Assembly: GCA_963827655.1 (NCBI GenBank)
Contig: CAWHCF010000006.1
Location: forward strand, 1 to 64,000
Length of the DNA: 64,000 nucleotides
Direction of reading: 5' to 3'
DNA from: an uncultured Acidobacteriota bacterium
Lineage (GTDB): Bacteria; Acidobacteriota; UBA6911
The notes below the pieces were generated by a model. That model saw only the letters and a list, made by a program, of their open reading frames with translations. It ran no database searches and was not told where the DNA came from. A program made the translations under genes and the position numbers. How positions within the stretch are numbered: position 1 is the first letter of the stretch; every line of letters begins with the position of its first letter. This document shows positions 21,262-31,177 of this stretch, piece after piece.

Positions 21262-22548
21262 ATGACTCTCGGGCGTTTGGCCGCGTTTGCCGCCGCTCTC
21301 CTGGTGTTCGCCTCACAGGGAGCAGTTGCGGAATTCCGCGCGTCAGTTGTCAAGGTCGACATCACGCCGGAAACACCGCAATGGCTGCTGGGCTATGAGC
21401 CCAGGCAATCGAAGAGTGTGCACGACAAGATCTATCACAGGGTCGTCGCGATGCACGACGGCACAACGGAGTTCTTTCTGGTGTCCTCGGAGCTGGGCGC
21501 GATCTCCCCGGCGTTCTATGACGAATTCTGCACCGAGCTGGAAAAGCAGACCAGGATTACGCGGCAGCAGCTCTGGTGGACCGTGACCCACACACACTCT
21601 GCGCCGGAGGTCGGTCCCCCCGGCCTGGCCAAGGTCTTTCTCGGCAACCGCTATCAGCACAGCTGGGATCAGATCTATACCGGGCAGGTCACGACCGCCC
21701 TGGCAGACGCAATCAAAACCGCCAGAACGCGATTGGAACCGGCGCGGATGGGAACAGGCTCGACTATTTCGATGGCAAACATCAACCGCAGGGCGCGCGA
21801 CGTCGATGGTAAGGTGTCGCTGGGGATGAATCCCGACGGCCCGGTCGACCGCCGTATAGGGCTGGTTCGTTTGGAGAAGCTCGACGGATCCCTGATCGCG
21901 TTGATCGCGAACTACGCGATGCACGGCACCGTTCTCGGCGCCGTGCCTCAGGTTAGCGGTGATGCTCCCGGTGCCGTCGCTTCCTACGTTGAGGAGAAGC
22001 TGGGGGCGCCCATGCTCTACATCAATGGCGCCGCCGGCAACATTGCCCCGATCTATACCTTCAACCCAAACTTCCGGAACATCACGCAATTCAACGTGCT
22101 CATCGGAGACCGGATCCTTGCCGCAAACGCCTCGATCCGGACGCAAGACGGAGAGAGCCCCCTCCTCCGTCTGGACGAAAAGGTGGTCGAGACGCCGCGC
22201 AAGCCTGAAATAACCTGGCCCGAGGACCTTGGGCAATACCACAGAGTCGATAGTTCGGGCACAGGCGTCGTGCGTGTTCCTGTTCGATTCCTGCGTCTTC
22301 GCCGCGACACTGTCATTTGGGCGTCGCCGCTGGAGCTATTCTGCGAGATTGCGATACGAGTGAGGGACCAATCGCCGTTTCAGAACACATTCTATTTCGG
22401 CTACACCAACGGATGGATGGGATACCTCCCGGTGAGCGAAGCGTTTCAATCAGGCGGCTACGAACCGCGCGTCTCGCCCTTTACCGAACGGGCAGAGCGG
22501 GATTTCGGTGACGCCGTAATCGAGCATCTACAAGGGATGGGACGCTAG
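21262..22548 (+). CDS. Secreted neutral/alkaline ceramidase-like hydrolase
   Basis: Signal peptide; VDITP, THTHSAP, NINRR, NYAMHGT, GAAGN, GYTNG..GYLP, GGYE. Confidence 0.85.
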   Translation: MTLGRLAAFAAALLVFASQGAVAEFRASVVKVDITPETPQWLLGYEPRQSKSVHDKIYHRVVAMHDGTTEFFLVSSELGAISPAFYDEFCTELEKQTRITRQQLWWTVTHTHSAPEVGPPGLAKVFLGNRYQHSWDQIYTGQVTTALADAIKTARTRLEPARMGTGSTISMANINRRARDVDGKVSLGMNPDGPVDRRIGLVRLEKLDGSLIALIANYAMHGTVLGAVPQVSGDAPGAVASYVEEKLGAPMLYINGAAGNIAPIYTFNPNFRNITQFNVLIGDRILAANASIRTQDGESPLLRLDEKVVETPRKPEITWPEDLGQYHRVDSSGTGVVRVPVRFLRLRRDTVIWASPLELFCEIAIRVRDQSPFQNTFYFGYTNGWMGYLPVSEAFQSGGYEPRVSPFTERAERDFGDAVIEHLQGMGR

Positions 22549-22555
22549 GGCCTTA

Positions 22556-22788
22556 GGGCTCGCGCAGAAATAACTTCACATTCTGGCGCGAAAATCAGTC
22601 ATTAATCATGAACCGGTTTCTGTTCGCTAAGCGCGCTGAGGATTGCGCCCCTTCGGGCTGCGGCCCGCAGGCCCGCTGGCTTTGTTGCTCGCTCCTCACG
22701 TACCGCACCGGGTACGCATCGTCGCTCGCGCCTCGCCAGCAGGCCTGGGGGCCTGCAGCAGAATGCGAACTTATTTCTGCGCGAACCC
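22556..22788 (+). mobile_element. MITE copy 1 (233 bp, about 30-bp TIRs, TTA target duplication)
   Basis: TTA|GGGCTCGCGCAGAAATAACTTCACATTCTG...CAGAATGCGAACTTATTTCTGCGCGAACCC|TTA; homologous to 37402 and 38515. Confidence 0.92.
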
Positions 22789-22815
22789 TTAGCGGGTCAG
22801 CTCAGGAGTGACAAC

Positions 22816-25695
22816 ATGAATCACTGGAGAAAGCTGCTGCCCTTCGGACTCCTGCTCCTCGTCCTACTGGCGCCCGGTTCGACGTCGCCGACGGTCGGCT
22901 TCTATCAAGGCCCACAGCCTGTTCCCAACCAGCCGCGCTTTGCGATCCGATTGATATTCGCGTCCGCCGACGCGAGCAAAGAAAAGTGGACCGGAAACAT
23001 CGCCACGGAAAACACGCACGTTGCCGAAGCGCTGGGATGGCGCTTCGATGCTCGAGACCGGTTGTCGCTGAATAATTTCGAAATCCACGCGCTCCACGCG
23101 AGGACCAAAAAGCCGATTGAAAAGGGTCTGGTCTTGCGAGGGACGGCGGCACCCGACGGACAGATCTCGATTACCACCGACCGGGGGAATTTCGCGTTTC
23201 GCATACATGAACTCGGGATCGGAGAAACGCGGGAATTCCTCGGCGGGTCCGCGCGCCTGCTGCGACTGCTGGACGTGACCAAAATAACCGACGCCTCTCG
23301 CGACGACGACTATCCGTCGATTTCGGTGCTCGACGATGCGAGCGCCTGGATGGTATGGCAATCCTACGGCGGGCAGTCGGACGATATCCGGCTGTGCAAG
23401 CACGACAACGGATGGCGCACCTTCACACCGGTTCCCGGCGTCTCAGGAGACGTCTGGCGGCCTCAGGTGGCCCCGGACAGACAGCAGCGTCCGTGGGTGG
23501 TATGGGCACAGCAGGTGGACGGGAATTTCGACATCTATGCCCGAGCTTTGGATGAAAAAACCGTCAAGTGGCAAGAACCGATCCGCCTTAGTTCGCATCC
23601 CAATCCCGACATCCAGCACCACCTGGCTGCTGACCGCCAGGGAAACCTCTGGGTCGTCTGGCAGGGCTTTCATGGAGACGACTCGGATGTTTTTCTCCGG
23701 CGTTACGATGGTGCGGCCTGGTCGGAAGAAATTCGCGTGACCGATGACGATGCGAATGATTGGGAGCCACGGATCGCCGTGGACGACCAAGGCAAAGCTG
23801 TCATTGTCTGGGATACGTATCGCAACGGTAACTTCGACGTCTATATGCGGACGTTCCATAATGGCCAGCTCGGCCCCGAGACTCCTGTGGCCGACACCCC
23901 GAACTTCGAAGCTCACGCCACCGTCGCGATCGACAAGGCGGGGCGCGTCTGGGTAGCCTGGGACGAGGGAGGAGTTAACTGGGGAAAAGACACCGGCCTC
24001 ACCGAGAATCCGAAATGGGCCGACAACGCCCGCCAGAGCTTTGACGAGTGGATCCTCAAACCCGGCTTTCCAGGAACTCGTCTGTACGACGATAGAGAAT
24101 TGAACCTCGTAGTATTCGAGGGCGGCCAGCGCAAAGTACCGGTCCAGGGTTTGCGGGAAGCGCTCGCACAAGCAGGCGTTCGGCAGCACGACTACCCGCA
24201 GCTCGTTTCGGATAGCCGGTCGGGGCGTATGGCCCTGCTGTTTCACCGCTGGAACCCGCAGGGTGAATTCACCAGCGGCCTCGAAACGCGCCGCACCGCT
24301 TTCTGGGAGCAAGCGGTGATCTTTTACGACCGGGACCACTGGTCCCCCGTACTCACGATTCCGGAGAGCGCGGGGCGCCCCTCTATGCTGTCGAGCGGCG
24401 CCTTCGCTCCTGACGGGAGCCTGTGGATGGCCTGGCCCACGGACGGGCGTGTTCCGCAGTTCCCCTATCAGCCGGTATCCGGCGACATCTACACGGCCCG
24501 TGTGCCGCCCGGAGGCGGCTCAGACACCCCGGTTGTGAAATCTTTTGAAGCGGGCCCGGCACCCGCCGTTTCTCCCGTTCATTCGACCGAGGCTAGCGAG
24601 ATCAAAGCAATTCGCGCCTACAGAACGCTTATCCGGGGCGCGGAGAATCGCATCGTCCGTGGTGACTTTCACCGGCATACCGAGTTTTCATGGGACAACG
24701 GAGGACTGCGCGACGGTTCGCTGCTTGACTTCTATCGGTACATGCTCGACGCGGCCGACATGGATTTCGGAGCCGTTACCGACCACAACTCCGGCGGCGA
24801 CTACGGCTACTGGTGGTGGCTCATCGAAAAAAGCTGCGACATGTTTCATCTCCCGAAAACCTTTACCACCTTCTATGCCTATGAACGGAGTGTCCAGTAC
24901 CCGGGCGGCCATCGCAACGTAATTCACACGCGGCGCGGCGTCCCGGTGGTTTCTTTCTTCACGGAGACGGGTTTCACCGGTCCCCGGCCCGGAGTAGCCG
25001 CCAATCCGAACCGATTGGTTAGAAACGATACCCAGCTGCTCTACGATTCGCTCCGGCAGTCGGGCGGCATTTCGATCCCGCACACAACGGGCTCATTCGC
25101 AGGCACGGACTGGCGGGATAATGATCCGGACGTGGAGCCCCTGGTGGAACTCTACCAGGGGGCGCGGCTTTCTTACGAAACACCGGGCGCCCCGCGCGCA
25201 GCCCGGAGCCCCGACGAAATCCGTGACTTCCGAGAGCCGGGTTTCGTCTGGAACGCCTACCGCAAGGGATATCGACTGGGAACCATCGCCAGCTCGGACC
25301 ATTGGTCGACCCACATCTCTTACGCCATGGTGTTCACCGAGCAGCCCAACCGCGAGGCGATTTTCGACGCCATCAAAAAGCGACGGACCTACGGCGCGAC
25401 CGACAACATCATCCTCGACTGCAGAATGGGCGAGCATTTCATGGGGGAGGAATTCGCAGACTCGAGCGTGCCGCCGTTCAGTGTCAGGATTTCCGGAACC
25501 GCTCCCGTGTCCCGGGTTGACGTCATCAAGAACGAAGCGGTCGTATATTCCACGAGTCCGAACACGAAAGAGGTCACCTTTACTTATCGGGACGAGAATC
25601 CCACCGCAGGAACCAGCTACTACTACGTGAGGCTCATCCAGTCGAACTGGGAGATGGCCTGGGGGAGCCCAATCTGGGTTACGTTGAAACCCTGA
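22816..25695 (+). CDS. Large secreted protein with beta-propeller repeats and a C-terminal PHP-like (DUF3604/CehA-McbA) metallohydrolase domain
   Basis: Signal peptide; repeated P.IA.D..G..WVVW...GNFDIY; RGDFHRHT, VTDHN, GHRNV, SIPHT, ASSDH, RRTYGAT. Confidence 0.85.
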   Translation: MNHWRKLLPFGLLLLVLLAPGSTSPTVGFYQGPQPVPNQPRFAIRLIFASADASKEKWTGNIATENTHVAEALGWRFDARDRLSLNNFEIHALHARTKKPIEKGLVLRGTAAPDGQISITTDRGNFAFRIHELGIGETREFLGGSARLLRLLDVTKITDASRDDDYPSISVLDDASAWMVWQSYGGQSDDIRLCKHDNGWRTFTPVPGVSGDVWRPQVAPDRQQRPWVVWAQQVDGNFDIYARALDEKTVKWQEPIRLSSHPNPDIQHHLAADRQGNLWVVWQGFHGDDSDVFLRRYDGAAWSEEIRVTDDDANDWEPRIAVDDQGKAVIVWDTYRNGNFDVYMRTFHNGQLGPETPVADTPNFEAHATVAIDKAGRVWVAWDEGGVNWGKDTGLTENPKWADNARQSFDEWILKPGFPGTRLYDDRELNLVVFEGGQRKVPVQGLREALAQAGVRQHDYPQLVSDSRSGRMALLFHRWNPQGEFTSGLETRRTAFWEQAVIFYDRDHWSPVLTIPESAGRPSMLSSGAFAPDGSLWMAWPTDGRVPQFPYQPVSGDIYTARVPPGGGSDTPVVKSFEAGPAPAVSPVHSTEASEIKAIRAYRTLIRGAENRIVRGDFHRHTEFSWDNGGLRDGSLLDFYRYMLDAADMDFGAVTDHNSGGDYGYWWWLIEKSCDMFHLPKTFTTFYAYERSVQYPGGHRNVIHTRRGVPVVSFFTETGFTGPRPGVAANPNRLVRNDTQLLYDSLRQSGGISIPHTTGSFAGTDWRDNDPDVEPLVELYQGARLSYETPGAPRAARSPDEIRDFREPGFVWNAYRKGYRLGTIASSDHWSTHISYAMVFTEQPNREAIFDAIKKRRTYGATDNIILDCRMGEHFMGEEFADSSVPPFSVRISGTAPVSRVDVIKNEAVVYSTSPNTKEVTFTYRDENPTAGTSYYYVRLIQSNWEMAWGSPIWVTLKP

Positions 25696-25729
25696 CCGTA
25701 TCTTCGCGCCGCTGGCCGAGTGCCTTAAT

Positions 25730-25806
25730 GTCTTCATGTCTTAGTGGTTGAGATGTCTAACCAATACCACCAAGACTCAAAGACACGAAGAAACACCAAG
25801 AATCTT
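25730..25806. repeat. Octamer-based REP-like palindrome
   Basis: GTCTTAGTGGTTGAGATGTCTAACCAATACCACCAAGACTCAAAGACACGAAGAAACACCAAGAATCTT; near-identical to the 63083 copy. Confidence 0.8.
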
Positions 25807-25860
25807 CATCCGTGCTATGATCACACCGCGCGTGGATCCGTCCGCGCGTAGACCACGATC

Positions 25861-27249
25861 ATGAGCCACGAGACGACACTACGGCCGAAAGTTCCCCTTT
25901 CAGAATCGCCGATCCTGCGCCGCTACTGTGAGAAGACACCGGGCTCGGCGCGGCTGCATGCGCGCGCAGTGGGGTTGATCCCCGACGGCATTACCCACGT
26001 CAGTCGCTACCTCGAGCCTCATCCGCCGTTCGTGACGCGCGCGGCTGGGTCCCGCAAGTGGGACGTCGACGGAAACGAGTACGTCGACTACGTCGGGGGT
26101 CACGGCTCGCTGCTGCTCGGCCACAACCATCCGGCGGTCGTCGAGGCGGTCGTGGCGCAGCTCGCGCGCGGCACACACTACGGCGCCTCGCACGAGCTCG
26201 AGCTGGAGTGGGCGGAATGGATCCGGCGCCTGGTCCCGTCGGCCGAGCGCATCCGATTCACCAACTCCGGCACCGAGGCGACCCACCTGGCCTTGCGCGT
26301 CGCACGCGCTGCCACGGGCAAGCCGATGGTGCTGCGCTTCGCCGGCCACTTCCACGGCTGGCACGACCACGTCGCCTTCTCGGATGAGTCGGCGCCGGGG
26401 ATCGTCAAGGCCCTGACCGAACACATACTGATCTCCCCGCCGGGGGATAGCTCCGCCTTCCAGGCCCTCTGTAACCAGCGCGACGACATCGCTGCCGTAC
26501 TGATCGAGCCGACCGGCGCGACCTTCGGCCAGGTGCCCGTGCGGAGCGAGTTCCTGGCAGAGCTGCGCCGCGAAACCAGCCGGCGCGGGATCGTGCTTAT
26601 CTTCGACGAGGTGATCTCAGGGTTCCGCTGCTCTCCCGGTGGCGCGCAGGGGTTCTACGGGGTCACGCCGGATCTCACGACTCTGGCCAAGATCCTGGCC
26701 GGCGGCTTCCCGGGCGGCGCGCTGGTCGGCCGGGCCGACCTCCTGAGCGTGCTCCAGCACCGGCGCACCTCCGCCGGCTTGAAGCTTCCCGACGTGCCGC
26801 ATCCGGGGACCTTCAACGCCAACCCTGTCTCGGCTACGGCAGGCATCGCGACTCTCCGGCTCGTGGAGCAAGGCGATTTCATCGATCGTGCCAACCGCGC
26901 AGCGGCGGCGATCCGCGACGGGTTCAACGCGGTCATCCACCGGCTAGGCGGGTCCTGGTGTGCCTACGGCGAGTTCTCGGCGTTTCACGTCTACCCGAAC
27001 CCGAGACCCGAGCCGGTCTCGCCCGGCGACATCTACGCGGGCAAGGTCCACTGGAGCGGATTGAAGGGAGCGACACCGATCGAGCTCCAGCAGAAGGTCC
27101 GGGCCGGTTTTCTCTCCGAAGGGGTTGACGCCTTTTACTGGCCGGGCGGTCTCGTGTCGGGAGTGCATGGTGCGGAGGACGTCGACCGCACCGTGAGCGC
27201 TTTTGAGCGCGTTCTACGCATGCTCGCCGATGAGGGCGAGCTGGCCTGA
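25861..27249 (+). CDS. Class III PLP aminotransferase, glutamate-1-semialdehyde aminomutase-like
   Basis: WDVDGNEYVDY, RFTNSGTEAT, FHGWHD, LIFDEVISGFR, PDLTTLAKILAGG, GTFNANP. Confidence 0.9.
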   Translation: MSHETTLRPKVPLSESPILRRYCEKTPGSARLHARAVGLIPDGITHVSRYLEPHPPFVTRAAGSRKWDVDGNEYVDYVGGHGSLLLGHNHPAVVEAVVAQLARGTHYGASHELELEWAEWIRRLVPSAERIRFTNSGTEATHLALRVARAATGKPMVLRFAGHFHGWHDHVAFSDESAPGIVKALTEHILISPPGDSSAFQALCNQRDDIAAVLIEPTGATFGQVPVRSEFLAELRRETSRRGIVLIFDEVISGFRCSPGGAQGFYGVTPDLTTLAKILAGGFPGGALVGRADLLSVLQHRRTSAGLKLPDVPHPGTFNANPVSATAGIATLRLVEQGDFIDRANRAAAAIRDGFNAVIHRLGGSWCAYGEFSAFHVYPNPRPEPVSPGDIYAGKVHWSGLKGATPIELQQKVRAGFLSEGVDAFYWPGGLVSGVHGAEDVDRTVSAFERVLRMLADEGELA

Positions 27250-27307
27250 GCCTCAGAGTGTGTGAAACCGAGATCCTCGAACAACCGCAACAGCCCGCGG
27301 TAGCGTC

Positions 27308-27519
27308 TGTCCCGGAGGGACACGGACATTAGCCGGTGGTGAAACCACCGGGGAGGGGCGACACCAACCAATGCGCCCTGGCGGGGCGCAGGAGCCGCGA
27401 TCCAGAAGATCGACCGCATGGATGCACGACTCTCCCGCGCCCTGCCAGGGCGCGAATACCACGGTCATCGGCTCCCGTTGATTTCATCACCGGCTAATAT
27501 CCCTTGTCCCTCCGGGACA
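27308..27519. repeat. Long nested REP-like palindrome of the type seen beside IS200/RAYT Y1 transposases
   Basis: TGTCCCGGAGGGACA...ATTAGCCGGTGGTGAAA pairs with TTTCATCACCGGCTAAT...TGTCCCTCCGGGACA; inner GCGCCCTGGCGGGGCGC / GCGCCCTGCCAGGGCGC. Confidence 0.8.
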
Positions 27520-27691
27520 AAGCAGCGACGGGGTCAATGACCCTTCGCCACGGAACTCTGGAAAATATCTGAGCCATGTCATTGAGGAGCTTACTTTTGC
27601 AGAGTCTCCGATGATCGCCAATCGGACACGACTCGCAAGCTGGGGCTTGAGGCCCTGGCGGCCTTATGCTAGATTTCTCGGCGAGGTAACA

Positions 27692-28087
27692 ATGGCTGGT
27701 CGCCTGGGATTGGTCGCATGGTTAATGGCTTGGATGCTTGTCGCGCCGCTGTGTCCCCTGGTGTGCGCCCAGCTGCAAATGCGGCCTGCCCACGACATCC
27801 CGTCCGCCCCGCCAGGTTCGTGCCACGAAAAACCGGTTCCGGCTAGCGATCATCTGCCCGGTTCAGATCCTGATGGGAGTCCTTTCCATTCCTGTGAACG
27901 CTGCGCGAACTTGCAGCAGGCGGTAAAGAGCGGCCAGTGGACACCCGCGCTGAACTCGGTGTTTCCAGTATCCGGATTCCTCGATTATGCGACATCGGGA
28001 TTATCCGGGCATCAGCCCACCGGAATCGAAAATCAGACCAACCCGCCCGCCTCTCCACCCATTATCAAATCCATCTTACGAATCTAG
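27692..28087 (+). CDS. Small Cys/His/Pro-rich membrane-targeted protein upstream of copper genes (DUF2946-like leader)
   Basis: Hydrophobic N-terminus, CPLVC, SCH, HSCERC, C-terminal PPASPPIIKSILRI. GAGGT RBS. Confidence 0.7.
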   Translation: MAGRLGLVAWLMAWMLVAPLCPLVCAQLQMRPAHDIPSAPPGSCHEKPVPASDHLPGSDPDGSPFHSCERCANLQQAVKSGQWTPALNSVFPVSGFLDYATSGLSGHQPTGIENQTNPPASPPIIKSILRI

Positions 28088-28242
28088 CCCCTCCAGGTTC
28101 GCACGACTGACTTTCCGGGTAGCAGGGGAACAGCTCTGTCCTCTGGCTGATCACTGAGCTTTTTCCCACATCCGATCCACAAAACCGGGGATATCTACCA
28201 ACTCCGTCACAGGTTTTTTTCCCGAACTGGAGAACCAGGATC

Positions 28243-29736
28243 ATGAACAAATCACGAAGAAAGTTCTTAATCAGTGGCGCCCTGGCAGGCGCGGGCACGA
28301 CTTCTCTTGCAGCCCAGCATGAACATCACCAGCATCCACGGCCTACCGCTGAAAAAGAATCAAAGCTTCCGGTCAAGCCCGCAGTCGAAAGAACGTCGAG
28401 GCCTTCGCCGCCCGCAAGCAAGCCTGCTGCCCGTGGACCGCTGGTCGAAGTGCCCGATCTGGCCAAGATGCCCTGGACGCTGGAGGACGGTTTCAAGGTC
28501 TTTCACATTACTGGCGAGGTCGTGAAACGCGAGTTTCTTCCAGGCAAGGTTGTCGACGTGTGGGGTTTCAATGGTTCGATGCCGGGGCCGCTGATTGAAG
28601 TCAATCAGGGGGATCGTCTGCGATTCATCGTCGAGAACCGTCTGCCCGAAGAATTCACCATGCACTGGCATGGCCTGGAAGTGCCTTTCGAAATGGACGG
28701 AGTGCCTGGCCTGACCCAGGATCTCATCAAGCCCGGAGACAAGTTCGTCTACGAGTTCACCGTCCATCAACACGGGACCTTCTTCTACCACACCCATATG
28801 CCCATGCAGCAGATGATGGGGATGATCGGCATGTTCGTGATTCACCCCGAGGAACCGTATCAGCCGCCTGTAGACCGCGACTTCGGCTTGGTTATTCAAG
28901 GCTGGGCCATTCTCCCCAACAACACAATCCCCAACTCGCTCTCGATGGAGTTCAACTGGCTGACTATGAATGGCAAGGCGGGTCCGGCCACAACCCCAAT
29001 GCTGGTGAAGCAAGGCGAGCGGGTGCGCGTGCGAGTCGTGAACCTCGGAATGGACCACCATCCGATACACCTGCACGGAAACACCTTTTACGTAACCGGG
29101 ACAGAGGGCGGCCGGGTGCCGGAGGCGGCCTGGACTCCTCAGAACACGGTGCTGGTCGGGGTCGCGCAGGCGCGCGACTTCGAATTCAAGGCAGAGTTCC
29201 TCGGCGATTGGATGCTTCACTGCCATCTCCCGCACCACATGATGAACCAGATGGCCTCGATGGTCGGGCCCATGGCTCACGGCAACGGTGTTCCTGCCGG
29301 AATAGGGATGGAAGAGGGTATGGGGATGATCCGGGAAGGGCATGCCCTCTCGGAAAACAACGGCCCGAGCCTCGGGCGTGCCCTCGGAGTCGGAAGCACG
29401 TTCTCGGAACGAGTGCCACACCTGCCGGTAACGCCGGAGGGCGCGCAGGCGACCCAACAGCCCTCAACCGGTCAGCACCAGCACGCGCAGCATTCCATGC
29501 CCGCGGAAGGAACGCTGGTTCCTGGTTTCCCGCAGGATATGAAAATGGTCATGGATGAAATGGTCGCCAAGCCGGAAACGCATGGCCTGCGTCCAACCTG
29601 GACCATGGGAATGATGGGCATGATGACGCTGATCAGGGTGCTGACTCCTGAAAAATACGACTACATCGAGAGGCTCAAGAAAGACTGGAAGCCTGAGGAG
29701 AAGAAACCTGAAACGCACAAGCACATTCACAAGTGA
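28243..29736 (+). CDS. Tat-exported multicopper oxidase with a Met/His-rich C-terminal extension
   Basis: SRRKFL; HWHG, FFYHTH, HHPIHLHG, WMLHCHLPHHM. Confidence 0.93.
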   Translation: MNKSRRKFLISGALAGAGTTSLAAQHEHHQHPRPTAEKESKLPVKPAVERTSRPSPPASKPAARGPLVEVPDLAKMPWTLEDGFKVFHITGEVVKREFLPGKVVDVWGFNGSMPGPLIEVNQGDRLRFIVENRLPEEFTMHWHGLEVPFEMDGVPGLTQDLIKPGDKFVYEFTVHQHGTFFYHTHMPMQQMMGMIGMFVIHPEEPYQPPVDRDFGLVIQGWAILPNNTIPNSLSMEFNWLTMNGKAGPATTPMLVKQGERVRVRVVNLGMDHHPIHLHGNTFYVTGTEGGRVPEAAWTPQNTVLVGVAQARDFEFKAEFLGDWMLHCHLPHHMMNQMASMVGPMAHGNGVPAGIGMEEGMGMIREGHALSENNGPSLGRALGVGSTFSERVPHLPVTPEGAQATQQPSTGQHQHAQHSMPAEGTLVPGFPQDMKMVMDEMVAKPETHGLRPTWTMGMMGMMTLIRVLTPEKYDYIERLKKDWKPEEKKPETHKHIHK

Positions 29737-31166
29737 GGACAGTCATGAAGATCCTGACGGCAAGGTTGATTGTGGAAGCAGCTTTCCTGATTTTCCCTCT
29801 TTCTCTAATCGGGCAGACAGCGCCTCACCCACATGGTCCGCAGACTGAGACGCGCGAACAGTCAATGCCGGCAAAAGTCCTTCGCCTGGAAGACCTCGAG
29901 CGAATGGCGCTCGATAACAATCCGACTCTGAAGCAGGCCGAAGCAAGAACCGGAGCCGCGCAGGGAAGGCTTCAGCAAGCCGGACTCTATCCAAATCCCA
30001 TCATCGGCTACGCCGGCGACGAGATTTCCCCGGGCCCGGTCATTCGCGGCGGGGAACATGGCTTCTTCGTCGACCAGACCATCGTGCTCGGCGGGAAATT
30101 GGGAAAGAATCGCGAAGTGTTCGCCCAGGCGCTTACCCAGACTGAAGCCGAAGTGGAAGCGCAGCGCATTCGAGTCCTGAACAACGTTCGCCTGCTCTAC
30201 TACGCGGCTCTCGGCGCCCAGCGACGCGTGGAGATGCGGCAGAAGCTGGCCGGTCTGGCCGACGAGGCGGTGAAGACTTCGCTCGGACTGTTCAACGTCG
30301 GCGCCGCGGATAAACCCGATGTTCTTGAGATCGAAGTCGAAGCGCAGCAGGCGCGCCTGGCGGTGACAACGGCTGAGAACGAGCAGCTGCGGATCTGGCA
30401 ACAGCTGGCCGCGCTGCTCGGGGTTTTGGACTTGCTCCCTGCTGCGCTGGCAGGAGACTTCGACGAATCCATCCCGGTTCTCGAGCCCGACGCGACGCTG
30501 CAGGAAATCCTGCGCGCCAGCCCCCTGCTGAAGGCCGCCCGTGCCGGAGTGCAGCGGGCGCAGGCGGCCGTGAATTTCGAAAAGAGTCTTCGAATTCCGG
30601 ATCTCCAGGCCCGAGGAGGTCTCCGCTACAATCGTGAACTATTAGAAAGGGGGGGAGTGCCCGTTGGTTGGGAAGGATTTGCCGACGTCGGTGTTCAAAT
30701 CCCTCTTTTCAATCGTAATCAAGGAAACATTCTTGCAGCGAAGAACGAGGCTTTATTCGCCGAGCAGGAGGTGCGGCGTCTTGAAATGGTGATTCGGAGC
30801 CGTTTCAGCTCTTTCTTCAATGCCTATCAGACCTCGCGACGCATTGTGGAGACCTACAAGAATGAAGTCATCCCTCGGGCCGACCAGGCCTACCGGCTAT
30901 ACCTGGCGAAATTCAAGGAGATGGCCGCCGCGTACCCGCAGGCGCTGATCGCACAGCGAACGTTGTTTCAGGCCAGCGTCGAGTATGTTGCGGCCGTCGA
31001 GAATCTCTGGAGAGCCGTCGTGCCGCTGCAGGGCTATCTTCTGACCGAAGGACTTGATGCGCCGCGCGCGTTCGAAGAACGCGTCTCGGCCGACGAGAGG
31101 CTTCGGCCCGACGATATTTTTCCTGCCGGCGAGTTGGACGAATCTGGGCGGGACGACAGGAGATAG
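29733..31166 (+). CDS. TolC family outer-membrane efflux protein (CzcC/CusC-like)
   Basis: ALDNNPTL, QAGLYPNP, QIPLFNRNQGNI. Overlaps the oxidase stop (GTGA). Confidence 0.92.
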   Translation: MRTVMKILTARLIVEAAFLIFPLSLIGQTAPHPHGPQTETREQSMPAKVLRLEDLERMALDNNPTLKQAEARTGAAQGRLQQAGLYPNPIIGYAGDEISPGPVIRGGEHGFFVDQTIVLGGKLGKNREVFAQALTQTEAEVEAQRIRVLNNVRLLYYAALGAQRRVEMRQKLAGLADEAVKTSLGLFNVGAADKPDVLEIEVEAQQARLAVTTAENEQLRIWQQLAALLGVLDLLPAALAGDFDESIPVLEPDATLQEILRASPLLKAARAGVQRAQAAVNFEKSLRIPDLQARGGLRYNRELLERGGVPVGWEGFADVGVQIPLFNRNQGNILAAKNEALFAEQEVRRLEMVIRSRFSSFFNAYQTSRRIVETYKNEVIPRADQAYRLYLAKFKEMAAAYPQALIAQRTLFQASVEYVAAVENLWRAVVPLQGYLLTEGLDAPRAFEERVSADERLRPDDIFPAGELDESGRDDRR

Positions 31167-31177
31167 GCGCTTGGTTT

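Noticed and set aside
22608-22811. Similar short ORFs (…TGYASSLAP…WGPAAECELISARTL) at 22608, 37304 and 38423 suggesting a peptide family
   Set aside because: They are translations of the MITE copies, with inconsistent starts and ends.
25861-27249. Assigning hemL
   Set aside because: The family is clear, but the sequence is divergent and there are no neighbouring tetrapyrrole genes; it is probably a paralog.
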